Positions 8,639 through 17,751 of a stretch of DNA of 64,000 nt are shown one piece after another. Numbering within the stretch: position 1 is the stretch's first letter; the number at the start of each line of letters is the position of its first letter. The stretch lies in IMG/VR virus record IMGVR_UViG_3300017734_000001; one strand, written 5' to 3'. The position numbers were made by a program, and so were the translations under genes. This stretch comes from an uncultured virus (IMG/VR IMGVR_UViG_3300017734_000001). Lineage: Duplodnaviria; Heunggongvirae; Uroviricota; Caudoviricetes; Crassvirales. The notes beneath the pieces are model-generated. The model was not told where the DNA came from. It searched no databases and saw nothing but the letters and a program-made list of their open reading frames with translations.

Positions 8639-9298
8639 TTATATTTTATTGTTATATAAATGTAGATTATGCGCGTGGTGGTAATATGTGCCTATTGGCA
8701 AATTTAATCTCTCTGCAACCATTTCTTGCAACGATGCAAACTGATACTGATCATTGCAGAAACCATACCAGAGATCATTAGAACGCATATAGACAGACAT
8801 GTATAGCTTATCTTGTACTACAGTAAACTGTACTGCATACGTACAAGGCGTGTCAAACTTATAAGCATTTATTTCTTTACCATCGTAAATACTTATAGCA
8901 GCTTGCCTGTTGTCTTTTGTTTTTAATTTGTTTATAACATGCTCAAGCTGATTGTTACGTTGCCATTGCCAACCATAGTTTGAATTAACTTCTCCATCAG
9001 GGTCAGCCATTTGTTTCCATATAGCGGGTACCTTGCCATATATCTCACCTAGCTTAGATATATTTCTGTCACCAGACATATACCATTTCCATTCAGCTTC
9101 AGCGTAGTCATGTTTCCAATTACGCTCTTTGTTTGTAATTACTTTGTTAGTAGGATCTTCTATTGTAAACCCTATATTAAACAAAGCTTTGGTACCTGCA
9201 AACTCGACACCATTAGTAATGATTTCGTTGTGCATATACTCGTAAGCTTCATTTGCTGTCTTGAAAGTATTTCTCATAATAATATCTATAATATTCAT
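8639..9298 (-). CDS. Thymidylate synthase superfamily enzyme, dCMP hydroxymethylase (T4 gp42)-like
   Basis: GEVNSNYGW, DTPCT..VQF, MRSNDLWYGFCND, HNLHLY; probable start 9277. Confidence 0.8.
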   Translation of the reverse strand: MNIIDIIMRNTFKTANEAYEYMHNEIITNGVEFAGTKALFNIGFTIEDPTNKVITNKERNWKHDYAEAEWKWYMSGDRNISKLGEIYGKVPAIWKQMADPDGEVNSNYGWQWQRNNQLEHVINKLKTKDNRQAAISIYDGKEINAYKFDTPCTYAVQFTVVQDKLYMSVYMRSNDLWYGFCNDQYQFASLQEMVAERLNLPIGTYYHHAHNLHLYNNKI

Positions 9299-9521
9299 AG
9301 ATCTTCTCCCATATCATATCTTTAATATAAACATGAGGCGATCGGTTTGTTTTACCGTTTATTGTTATATCTATATACCATGAACCTGGTTGCTTAGCAA
9401 ACGGTGCTATTTTTATACCGTTATTAATACACCAGTTCATAGCCTTGTGATCAAACTCTGTAGTTTCATATGTACCCATATTCCACTCAGACTTTTTTTT
9501 AGGTCTCCAGTGCGGAGGCAT
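9249..9521 (-). CDS. Hypothetical protein
   Basis: 90-aa ORF coupled to the primase-helicase stop. Confidence 0.6.
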   Translation of the reverse strand: MPPHWRPKKKSEWNMGTYETTEFDHKAMNWCINNGIKIAPFAKQPGSWYIDITINGKTNRSPHVYIKDMIWEKIYEYYRYYYEKYFQDSK

Positions 9522-11242
9522 TATTCCCAGGGCATTTTCTCACCTTCAGCCATACCAGGCAGAACATGAGGCATAAAACTGCCTGACTTTGGTTCCCATT
9601 TGAAATGTGCTTCAGCTCCGTTTTCACCTAAGTTTTGAAACTTAACTTTAAGTATTTTAGCTTTAACAGTTTTCTCTTCGTAATTTCTGTGAACTAATAT
9701 ACCGTGATAACTAGCATCGTACCATTCACCACCACCTTTAATGTTGTACATAGTTGGCTCTTCTATTTGACCATCTTTGTCTTTGTACATTTTAGTTGGG
9801 TGTGCTACAATAAACGTAAGTACATCATACTTCTTACAAAACATCTCTATCTTAGTTAGATACTCCATTGTATATCTGTTTACATCTTCTGTTTTACAGT
9901 CAATGTCTCTTATCTTATTAAATGGATCTATAACCAAGCATTTAATACCTTTACGTTTAACAAGCTCAGCGCCTTTACGTAGCACTGATTCAAGACTATA
10001 CTTATCCATATCAATGAAAAAGTAATTATCATTAACATGTTCTGCAACCTGTTTCCATTTATCACCGCCTATGTCTGTGCGCGTAGGCATATCACCCCAC
10101 GTTTTACGCATTAGTTTATGGGCATGTAAATAAGTTGGCGCATTCTCTGGACTAGCAAACGCTGTCTTCCAACCATAGTTTGCGTTATACCCAACGACCA
10201 TTTGATCGACGAAGTCACTTTTACCGGAACTAGGAATACCAGTAACAGTAATAAACTGACCAGTATAAGTTGAAAATATACTATCGAAATTTGGAATACC
10301 GATTTGGTAACCTGGCTTGAACCCGTTTTTAACGAAGTCAGTAATTTCGTCCTCAATGTCTTTGAAAGTTGTGACGTTTTCAAGTGGGACTGGTCGCGCT
10401 TTGGTAACACGCTCTGCCAATTTTTCTTTTCCATACTTTACTAAATATTCATTAGCATCTTTACAGTCTTCAAATGTAACTAAAAAACATACTTCAGCGC
10501 CAAGCCTACGTATAAGTTCTTGTTGTAACATTTGACCTGCTTCGTCTTGATCTACTGCTAATATTATTTTTTCTTTATCTTCAAAATAATCTATACAGTT
10601 GTCTAAATAATCTAAATTATTATTTGTTAACGTTGCTCCATTTGGTACTGATACAGCGTTTTTAACACCAGCTTCATGTAACGCTAAAACGTCCATTTCA
10701 CCCTCAGTTATAACGCAATTGTCATAGCCAACAATACTATTTATGTTATAGAAAACTTTTTCGGCACCTTTGTATAATTTAAAGTTTTTACGACCGTCTC
10801 TATATTTAACATTTATGAGTTGATTACCAACAAAGTAATTAAACTTTATAGTATTTTCTTCTTTACCTGTTTGTGGCATGTACTCAGGACCCTCACTGAT
10901 TTTTAAGTCAATGAGAGTCTGAGTTGATATGCCTCTTGTTTCAAACCACTCAGCAACTTTAGTTCTTGGTATATTGAACTCGTCAACTGGTGGATCTACT
11001 GGTCTAACGTACTCTTTTACACTAGCGCCTTTACGCTGGTATGTGTGTAGTTGAAAAGAAGTGTTGCAATTATGACAAGTACCGAGACCCCGTTCCCAAT
11101 CATATGAAGCACACTGTGCTTTTTGGTTTTTGGGTTGCCTAGTGTGAGAGCAAAGAGGGCATGTACCCTGCTTTTTACCTTCTTTTAGGCTATATTGATT
11201 GAACTCATCAATCAAGAATCCATTGATCTCTACTGTCTGCAT
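9521..11242 (-). CDS. Primase-helicase (T7 gp4/Twinkle-like)
   Basis: Zn-binding CPLC..CHNC, TOPRIM EGEMD and DQDEAG, Walker A GIPSSGKS, VIDP, VAHP. Confidence 0.93.
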   Translation of the reverse strand: MQTVEINGFLIDEFNQYSLKEGKKQGTCPLCSHTRQPKNQKAQCASYDWERGLGTCHNCNTSFQLHTYQRKGASVKEYVRPVDPPVDEFNIPRTKVAEWFETRGISTQTLIDLKISEGPEYMPQTGKEENTIKFNYFVGNQLINVKYRDGRKNFKLYKGAEKVFYNINSIVGYDNCVITEGEMDVLALHEAGVKNAVSVPNGATLTNNNLDYLDNCIDYFEDKEKIILAVDQDEAGQMLQQELIRRLGAEVCFLVTFEDCKDANEYLVKYGKEKLAERVTKARPVPLENVTTFKDIEDEITDFVKNGFKPGYQIGIPNFDSIFSTYTGQFITVTGIPSSGKSDFVDQMVVGYNANYGWKTAFASPENAPTYLHAHKLMRKTWGDMPTRTDIGGDKWKQVAEHVNDNYFFIDMDKYSLESVLRKGAELVKRKGIKCLVIDPFNKIRDIDCKTEDVNRYTMEYLTKIEMFCKKYDVLTFIVAHPTKMYKDKDGQIEEPTMYNIKGGGEWYDASYHGILVHRNYEEKTVKAKILKVKFQNLGENGAEAHFKWEPKSGSFMPHVLPGMAEGEKMPWE

Positions 11243-11256
11243 TAATTTAATTTAAT

Positions 11257-11565
11257 TTAAAATGGTAGATCAACCTCTTCTTGAGCTTGCATTGGTGCAG
11301 GCGCTGGTTGATCATCTCTTTTTGAAGCTTCTACATTTTGGCCATTAGTCCAAACAACTTGCACATTACCTAAGTACGTTTTGCCTTGCTTAGCATCTCG
11401 CTCTTCTTTTGTTTGTGCAACAACAACTGGACCTTGATTACCAAATTGATCTGGCTCATCATTAAGAGTTATTGTTATTGGTAAGTATTTACCTTTCTTG
11501 CCTTGGATAATTTTATCCTTTGGTATTTCAGAAAGATTAATACTAGTTTTAATTATACTCGCCAT
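11257..11565 (-). CDS. Single-stranded DNA-binding protein (putative)
   Basis: Small beta protein with acidic tail EEVDLPF next to the helicase. Confidence 0.7.
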   Translation of the reverse strand: MASIIKTSINLSEIPKDKIIQGKKGKYLPITITLNDEPDQFGNQGPVVVAQTKEERDAKQGKTYLGNVQVVWTNGQNVEASKRDDQPAPAPMQAQEEVDLPF

Positions 11566-11743
11566 TATACGTATGAATTGATTTGTGAAAACATTCTTTG
11601 TAACTGATCTTTAGTTACATTAGTTGCACGTCTTAGATTATCAACAGCTTTTACGTGATTTTGGTTTGCGTAAAAGTTTTTAGTATTTGTTTCAAGTCCT
11701 GTAACTGTACAAATCTTAGTCTGGTTTTTTCTTGTTCTAGCCA
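11565..11743 (-). CDS. Small hypothetical protein
   Basis: Probable true start MARTRKNQ inside track ORF 11565-11888. Confidence 0.5.
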
Positions 11744-11754
11744 TATTATTGGTT

Positions 11755-12486
11755 TTAAAGGGTTTCATTAATAAAATACTGCGAAGGATCGAAGCCTTCT
11801 TGTTTATAAAATAAATCATAGATACTGTTTGCCTCCTGTACTTTTGCACTTCCGCGCTCATAAAATTCAGGTGAGCAATCAAATACACCTATTTGATGAG
11901 TTGTTTTGTCTATAACTATAAACAACATCTCATACCCAAAGAGCTTACTGTATATATAAGCCTGTGAGTCGTAATTGTAACGCTTTGAGCTAAACTTAAA
12001 CTTTTTGATATCTGCTGTAGTCTTAAGGTCAATAACAAGCCTTTCATCATGATTAATGATATCGGCTTTGCCTTTCCACATGTTACTACCTATTACTGAT
12101 ACTCCTGGTTTTTCGTACTCAACGTTACTTCCTTTAATAAAGTCTCTACAAACGTCGTTACTTAACATCTTATCTGTCATTAACTCTATTTGATCAACTT
12201 CATGTTGCAGCAAACAAAGTTCGCCACCGGACATATCCTTGTAAAACTTCGTGTTTCTAGTAGACGAAGGTATTACTCGGTATTTCTTCAACTTATCTGG
12301 TTCAAGTATAGCGGTATGAAAATATCCACCAACTAAAAACGCTGGAGAAGGTTTACTAGGTTGTCCCAACAAGAGAGGATTACTAAGTAAAGTTTGTATA
12401 TCAGAATTACTTATATACTGTTTACCAAACTCGCCATAGTAATCATCATCGTTTCTTAATTTCTCAATTATATTATCTTTGTTCAT
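11755..12486 (-). CDS. RecE/exonuclease VIII-like PD-(D/E)xK exonuclease
   Basis: ISNSDI, G..FHTAILEP, KGKADII, IDLKTT, YDSQAYIY. Confidence 0.8.
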   Translation of the reverse strand: MNKDNIIEKLRNDDDYYGEFGKQYISNSDIQTLLSNPLLLGQPSKPSPAFLVGGYFHTAILEPDKLKKYRVIPSSTRNTKFYKDMSGGELCLLQHEVDQIELMTDKMLSNDVCRDFIKGSNVEYEKPGVSVIGSNMWKGKADIINHDERLVIDLKTTADIKKFKFSSKRYNYDSQAYIYSKLFGYEMLFIVIDKTTHQIGVFDCSPEFYERGSAKVQEANSIYDLFYKQEGFDPSQYFINETL

Positions 12487-13021
12487 GTTTCTTAAGTTCT
12501 GCTTTTGCAGCTATACTAACTTTGTATTTAGAATTAATAGCTGATATATCACCACCATTTTTCACGTACTCAATAGCTTTGTTCATAGCATCTGTACCTA
12601 TATCTAACGCTGGCTTTTTATCGTGCTTGTTAGTAGCATCAGCATCTGCAGTGTCATCTATTAAAAGCAAATTACCCAAAGAATATTTTTTAGCATAACT
12701 AGACGCTGATCCAAACTGTTGAGGAGTTTGCATGCCCTTCTGATTAAGGTCAACACCGACCACAGCAGAAGCTGTAATTGAATCAGCACCGTCGTGTATA
12801 GCAGCTTGCGAAACTATAATAGGAGGTAACTTATCGTTGCCAATTGCGTCTCCTAACGTTTCGCTTACAGTAAAATATACTTTATATTTCTCATTAAATG
12901 GTTTTAATGCTTCAAGGATGTCTTCGGCAGATCTGAAGTTGTACTTGCCGAACGAGTTGTATCTCGATTTTTTAGCTTTAAATTCTTTTTGAATTATGCT
13001 TAGTTTTTCGTGTATTGTCAT
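12473..13021 (-). CDS. ERF-family single-strand annealing protein
   Basis: YNFRSAEDI, Q.FGSASSYAKKYSL..L..IDD..DAD. Confidence 0.85.
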   Translation of the reverse strand: MTIHEKLSIIQKEFKAKKSRYNSFGKYNFRSAEDILEALKPFNEKYKVYFTVSETLGDAIGNDKLPPIIVSQAAIHDGADSITASAVVGVDLNQKGMQTPQQFGSASSYAKKYSLGNLLLIDDTADADATNKHDKKPALDIGTDAMNKAIEYVKNGGDISAINSKYKVSIAAKAELKKHEQR

Positions 13022-13047
13022 GATATTTAATTGAATTGCTTATATAT

Positions 13048-13076
13048 ATAATTACATATTATTTTTTAAAATTAAA
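13048..13076 (-). promoter_or_regulatory. Class II promoter-like motif upstream of the recombination/replication operon
   Basis: Minus strand TTTA-N17-GTAATTAT. Confidence 0.6.
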
Positions 13077-13084
13077 CTTCTAAC

Positions 13085-13834
13085 TTACAGATAATCAATC
13101 ACTTGCGAGTGATCTACGTTAGTTATTAATTTATTTATTGCATCTCTTTTTATCTGAGAAACTCTTATTTGAGCCGTGTCTACATTTATATCTAAGTTGT
13201 CTGCTATTTGTTTAGCTGGCATCTTATCACAGCCAATTCCAAAGCTATTTTTAATAACATAATATTCTTTATCGTTTAAATGTTTTTTAATTAAACTATC
13301 TAAGTATAGACTAAACAACTCTTTGTTGTAATTTTGGCTTTTGTCCTCTATTTGATCGTAATAAGAGTTATCATTTTTTTCGTCTATACTTGAAAATACT
13401 GCATTGAAAAACATTTGTACTATTTTTTCATTCTTACTATTGTTACGTCTCATTTCATTTAGTACATACTCTGGGATTTTTATATCGCCCCTGTTTATAT
13501 CAATACGTCTTCTTATTGCGCCTTTGATTCTTTTAGTAAAGAAAGACTTTAATGTTTTCTCTATATCTTCTGATTCAGATAATTTATTTACCCAGTCTAA
13601 TTTGTCTACTGCTTTAATTAAAGCTTCACTACCTATTTGTATTAAATCTAGTATAGTTAAAACACCTGAAGCTTGTTGGCTAGTAGAAAACTTACGAGCA
13701 AGACTTTCTACAAGAGGAGTAAATTTTACTATCAATTCATTACGAGTGTATTCATTATACTGTTTAACTTCAGGCATAGACTTTTTTAAGTCTTCTTTAT
13801 ATCTGATATAGTTTTTTATATTATATTTCTTCAT
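13085..13834 (-). CDS. Phage sigma-70 family RNA polymerase sigma factor
   Basis: Region 2 (RNELIVKFTPLVESLARKF..DLIQIG..ALIKAVDK..RIKGAI) and region 4 HTH (LNDKEYYVI..FGI..KQIAD.L..RVSQIKRDAINKL). Confidence 0.88.
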   Translation of the reverse strand: MKKYNIKNYIRYKEDLKKSMPEVKQYNEYTRNELIVKFTPLVESLARKFSTSQQASGVLTILDLIQIGSEALIKAVDKLDWVNKLSESEDIEKTLKSFFTKRIKGAIRRRIDINRGDIKIPEYVLNEMRRNNSKNEKIVQMFFNAVFSSIDEKNDNSYYDQIEDKSQNYNKELFSLYLDSLIKKHLNDKEYYVIKNSFGIGCDKMPAKQIADNLDINVDTAQIRVSQIKRDAINKLITNVDHSQVIDYL

Positions 13835-14441
13835 TTAGTATTTTTTTCTCTTTTTTTAACACACTGCTCATGTGTCTATGTATTGTTCTTGTTGAGCATG
13901 CAAAATGCAAAGCTAAATTTTTTATAGTTATTTTATTGTTTGTAGAGTTTATAGCTAGCATAGCGTCATATATTTTTTCTTCATTAACAATGGAAGATCT
14001 GCCTATTAATTTGCCAACTATACTTAACTTTTCACTGATACTTAAACCGCTAAAGTCTTTAAATATTATTTTCCTTAATTTGTTTCTTGGTGGGTGTTCA
14101 AGATCACACTGTTTAAGATCTTTAAATATAGATTCAAATAAGTTATCTGAAACTTTAAACGTAACAAAACCATTGTTTATGTTGCATATTGTTTTAGCAA
14201 CATGTCTAAACTTAGATTCGTCAAAGTCAGGGTTTAAATACCATATAACAAGTAAATGCCATTTTAAAGATTTGTAAGTAGTTATCTTAGCTTTACTTCT
14301 AAACAACTCGTAACACTCGTGTGTACCTTGCTCATAATACCAACCCCAGTCATATTCTTCAGTTGGCTGATCTGATATAGGATGCCTTCTGTATATAACT
14401 TTATTGTTATTAAGTAATTCTAATTTTCTATCTTGTGACAT
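13821..14441 (-). CDS. DNA-binding protein with C-terminal HTH (replication-initiator-like, tentative)
   Basis: ITIKNLALHFACSTRTIHRHM helix-turn-helix; start codon lies within an inverted repeat. Confidence 0.55.
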   Translation of the reverse strand: MSQDRKLELLNNNKVIYRRHPISDQPTEEYDWGWYYEQGTHECYELFRSKAKITTYKSLKWHLLVIWYLNPDFDESKFRHVAKTICNINNGFVTFKVSDNLFESIFKDLKQCDLEHPPRNKLRKIIFKDFSGLSISEKLSIVGKLIGRSSIVNEEKIYDAMLAINSTNNKITIKNLALHFACSTRTIHRHMSSVLKKEKKILNEEI

Positions 14442-14479
14442 TAGCCCTCTACTCTTTATTATCTATGGCTGTTGTCACA
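14434..14479. repeat. Inverted repeat TGTGACA-N32-TGTCACA, copy 1
   Basis: Read directly; overlaps the ATG at 14441. Confidence 0.75.
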
Positions 14480-14574
14480 GCCTCTATTGGTTTTATTTTA
14501 CAAATAATAATATGCTCTTTAAAAAACTCTTCTTCTTCTCTTAATTTAATAAATAAATCTTTAGTTCTACCCAT
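14449..14574 (-). CDS. 41-aa short ORF ending inside the inverted repeat
   Basis: MGRTKDLFIKLREEEEFF...TTAIDNKE; ATG overlaps the upstream stop. Confidence 0.45.
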   Translation of the reverse strand: MGRTKDLFIKLREEEEFFKEHIIICKIKPIEAVTTAIDNKE

Positions 14575-14765
14575 TATTTAAAAAATGTTATTAGCTTTAA
14601 GCGCCTATTGTATTTATGAAAACACTTTACTTTAGTTTCGTTTACTTCTAAAGTCAATGCATCGTTAAGTATTTCATACTTTAAAACCCATATCCTATTG
14701 TTTAGATACTTTAGGTGTTTTCTTCTTCTTCTGAACTTGTTTAATCTTTGTTTTAATATTTCCAT
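14574..14765 (-). CDS. Hypothetical basic protein
   Basis: ORF track; operon packing. Confidence 0.5.
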   Translation of the reverse strand: MEILKQRLNKFRRRRKHLKYLNNRIWVLKYEILNDALTLEVNETKVKCFHKYNRRLKLITFFK

Positions 14766-14767
14766 AA

Positions 14768-15256
14768 TTAACTGATATTAAGTGATCGTATAATTTTTTG
14801 CTCATCTTTATTTGCTATTTTATATTTTTCTTGTTCATAATAATTCCAGTATGCCATAATGCTATCGCCGGGTACTTTGTACTCGTCAGGCATACACTGT
14901 GGTGGTTCAACCCATTCATCACCCTGTACATGTATAGGCGGTGTGGATAAAAAATCTCTACATTTAGTTATAGTTAAATGTTCTTTACCATATCTTTTTG
15001 TGTATTCCTTACCTAATGCTATCATGTATTCATATGCCCACAAATATGTAGCGCGTGACCTTCTAACCCATATTGTTGAAGGGTGATTTAAATGCGCTTG
15101 CTTGTAAGGTACGTTGGCTTTTTGCGTTGAACTACCATAACAATGATGCGCTGTGCATAGCATTTGCGCTGCTTCTAAGACCATCTTGACCTTATGCTTA
15201 TCGTAATGATAAGATGCGGCAACAACAGGGTCTCTATCAAGATAAAATAAATTCAT
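14768..15256 (-). CDS. Pyrimidine-dimer DNA glycosylase (DenV/endonuclease V superfamily)-like
   Basis: MNLFYLD, DKH..KM.LE.AQML, H.NHPS..W, EY..RYGK.H, PQCMP. Confidence 0.7.
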   Translation of the reverse strand: MNLFYLDRDPVVAASYHYDKHKVKMVLEAAQMLCTAHHCYGSSTQKANVPYKQAHLNHPSTIWVRRSRATYLWAYEYMIALGKEYTKRYGKEHLTITKCRDFLSTPPIHVQGDEWVEPPQCMPDEYKVPGDSIMAYWNYYEQEKYKIANKDEQKIIRSLNIS

Positions 15257-15480
15257 AATCCCGATTTATTAAGAAAGTAATTATACACTTCTGGTATATG
15301 TTTTTTATAGTATGGTTGGTTTTCTTTAATAAACTTTTTCAAGTGCTTTTTATCTTTAAAGCCACCGCAGTGGTTTAAGCTCCATAGCCCTCCGTCCATT
15401 TGTGATTTAAAGAACGGTTCAACACTTTCAATAAAGTCATTAACAGTCCAACCTTCCCATATGTGTTTATCTCTATTCAT
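15253..15480 (-). CDS. Hypothetical protein
   Basis: ORF track; operon packing. Confidence 0.55.
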   Translation of the reverse strand: MNRDKHIWEGWTVNDFIESVEPFFKSQMDGGLWSLNHCGGFKDKKHLKKFIKENQPYYKKHIPEVYNYFLNKSGL

Positions 15481-15750
15481 TTATAATCTATTGAGTTTGT
15501 TTTCTACGTGCTCTATCTTTCTTTTGATTACAGCTGCTTGTTCGTATTTTTCTTTTTCTTCAAGCTGAGCTAGTATTGTATGTAATCTTGCTAGCTCACC
15601 TAATAATATTTCTTCCTTAGCATTACCTTGAGTTGTTTCGTTTATCATTCTTTGCATTTCATCTTTAAACTGCTCATCGTATTGCTTTTGATAATCCATT
15701 ATTTTTAAAAAGATTTTCTCAGCTATTATTTCTAGTTCTTCTTCTGTCAT
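15481..15750 (-). CDS. Helical protein with UVR-like C-terminus
   Basis: EEKEKYEQAAVIKRKI resembles the UvrB/C coiled motif. Confidence 0.5.
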   Translation of the reverse strand: MTEEELEIIAEKIFLKIMDYQKQYDEQFKDEMQRMINETTQGNAKEEILLGELARLHTILAQLEEKEKYEQAAVIKRKIEHVENKLNRL

Positions 15751-15752
15751 AT

Positions 15753-16358
15753 TTAGTGGTATATTAATCCTATTTTATTATTCTTGTTAAACCATTTTGT
15801 TGCGTACAAATCTATTTTACTTGCATTAACAAATCCAGCTCTATTAAGTTTTTGTTCTGAAGTAAATATATTTGTGTATCTATCTTTAGTAGTTCTTATA
15901 AGATGCTTTTGTTTACCTGAGTCACTAAATATAACATCATAGTTTTCAGGTAGATCTGTTTTTTGAAACATATCAACCATATTGGTGTAACTGTAAAACC
16001 GCACGCTTGGATTGTGTATAGCAATGTCGAGCCATTTGGCTAAATAAGCGCGAGAATAATAATCACCACTGTCATGAACTCTTACATAATCTGGTTTTTT
16101 ACGTCTTATCTCTTCATTCATTGCATCAACAAAGTCATCAGTCTTGGTTAGCTGATAACGTTTTTCAAACGCAGGTTTTACATTACTCCAAATGTAGGCT
16201 CCTTTTTTAGCATAACAGAACTTTATACAAGCATCTGCCATGGGGCACGTCAGTTTTCCACTCGCACTTTTGTACGCTGGTATACCAAAGTTAAATACCC
16301 TAAGCCCTAGTTTCTTACTAGTATTTTTTAATTTGCTATTTTGAGTCAATAAATTCAT
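15753..16358 (-). CDS. Gp88-like protein (radical-SAM-related Cys cluster)
   Basis: TCPMADACIKFCYA, RVHDSGDYY, FYSYT. Confidence 0.7.
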   Translation of the reverse strand: MNLLTQNSKLKNTSKKLGLRVFNFGIPAYKSASGKLTCPMADACIKFCYAKKGAYIWSNVKPAFEKRYQLTKTDDFVDAMNEEIRRKKPDYVRVHDSGDYYSRAYLAKWLDIAIHNPSVRFYSYTNMVDMFQKTDLPENYDVIFSDSGKQKHLIRTTKDRYTNIFTSEQKLNRAGFVNASKIDLYATKWFNKNNKIGLIYH

Positions 16359-16510
16359 ACTAATTCTTCTATTACTCCAATTACTTCGCTAGCGATAAGT
16401 ATACCCGCCGCTACTTCAATGTCAATAAAAATGAGACAATAGCCTCCTACTCTTATAACACTCTTTGTCATACTAGCCCAAAAGTGTTTATCTGCATCTG
16501 GATATTTCAT
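16355..16510 (-). CDS. 51-aa small membrane protein (not in ORF track)
   Basis: MKYPDADKHFWASMTKSVIRVGGYCLIFIDIEVAAGILIASEVIGVIEELV; stop overlaps the next ATG. Confidence 0.55.
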   Translation of the reverse strand: MKYPDADKHFWASMTKSVIRVGGYCLIFIDIEVAAGILIASEVIGVIEELV

Positions 16511-16512
16511 AA

Positions 16513-17611
16513 CTAATCTAATAATGTCATATATGCTTCAGGGTTAGCTGATCTAAACCAATCTAAACCTTTCTGCATTAGATTCCATTGTCGAAATCTT
16601 TCTGCACCGATAATTAAATCGTACATTGCTACCTCGTTAGGTGACAGTAGGGCCTTATCGCCTGTAAATCTATTTTCTACAGTTTCCCACTCGGTGTACT
16701 TCATGCCATCATACCACTTTGGTAACGGCTTTTGCCCTGTGTCATTACTCTTCCCACTCATAACCTTCTTCAATTAATTCTTCTTCAACTTCTTTTCTTT
16801 TTTCACTGTAATACTCTTCATAAACTTCATCTACAACTTCTTGAAAACCATAGTCTTGTGAGTCAAGATCTGTGTAGTATATATCATTACCATCATACAT
16901 TGCTTGTGGCATTTTTTCAAGCCAGTCGCTGTCATAGTAGTATACATCTCCACCTATATAAGGATTTCTGTCATCATCGGTAGCAATCCATACTTCATAA
17001 CCATCAGCTGTTGTTTCAGTATAGAACATAAAGCTTGGACTAACCCAACTTTCTGATATTGTAAAATCGTAGTGCTCTTTAATAGCATTTAGCTTAGCAT
17101 CATGGTCTAAGTCATGCACGCTGTAAATGTCTTTTTCTTCTAAAGTATTTATAATAAGTTGATCATCTAGTTTTTTCATCTGTTTCTATTAATTTAAAAA
17201 TATAATTCCAAGTTTTAATTTCTCTTACTGTTGCGGACACACAAACTTTTAGTTGGTCTTCTGATAACACAGATGGAGATCCTTTTAATTCATCTACATA
17301 CTTATCCAACTCTCTGTTTAGGTCTTCTAGTTTAGCAAAAGCTTTGTTTGAAGCTCTTTCTTTTAATTCTATATTGCTCATTGTTCTTTAAATAATTTTG
17401 TACCCCATTTGTAGTCATGTACTGTCCAATCAAACGTATGAGTATTACTAAATATAATTAACCTGTTTACGTCTGATATTTTTAGGTCAGTGTAGACATG
17501 CTTGTTTTTTAGCGTAGGTATAATAACCTTGTCAACTATTTCATACTTTTTGCGCTCAGCAAGTAATCTTGTTTTTACTTTTGGCTTTAGTAGTTTGTAT
17601 AGATTTTTCAT
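16513..17611 (-). CDS. Four small hypothetical early genes (16513-16773, 16745-17179, 17163-17381, 17378-17611)
   Basis: Overlapping start/stop packing downstream of class I motif copy 1. Confidence 0.6.
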
Positions 17612-17628
17612 TTATATCAATTTTAGTT

Positions 17629-17658
17629 ATAATCATTTTATACGCGTAATTAGTTTGT
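17629..17658 (-). promoter_or_regulatory. Class I early promoter-like motif, copy 1
   Basis: Plus strand ATAATCA-N9-CGTAATTAGTTTGT; abuts the tRNA 3' end. Confidence 0.75.
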
Positions 17659-17731
17659 GAACCTGACACGACTCGAACGTGTGACCGTCTGCTTAGAAGG
17701 CAGATGCTCTATCCAACTGAGCTACAGGTCC
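17658..17731 (-). tRNA. tRNA-Arg(TCT)
   Basis: GGACCTG/CAGGTTC acceptor, TAGCTCAGTTGGATAGAGC D arm, TCTGC-CTTCTAA-GCAGA anticodon arm, GTTCGAG T loop; CCA not encoded. Confidence 0.95.
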
Positions 17732-17751
17732 AGCCAACTATGTCTAACTAG

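Noticed and set aside
8639..9298. Calling this gene thyA
   Set aside because: It lacks the PCH and PFN motifs of dUMP-specific enzymes and matches gp42-type motifs instead.
17658..17731. tRNA as a prophage attachment site
   Set aside because: No integrase, no duplicated 3' fragment and no host genes in the window.
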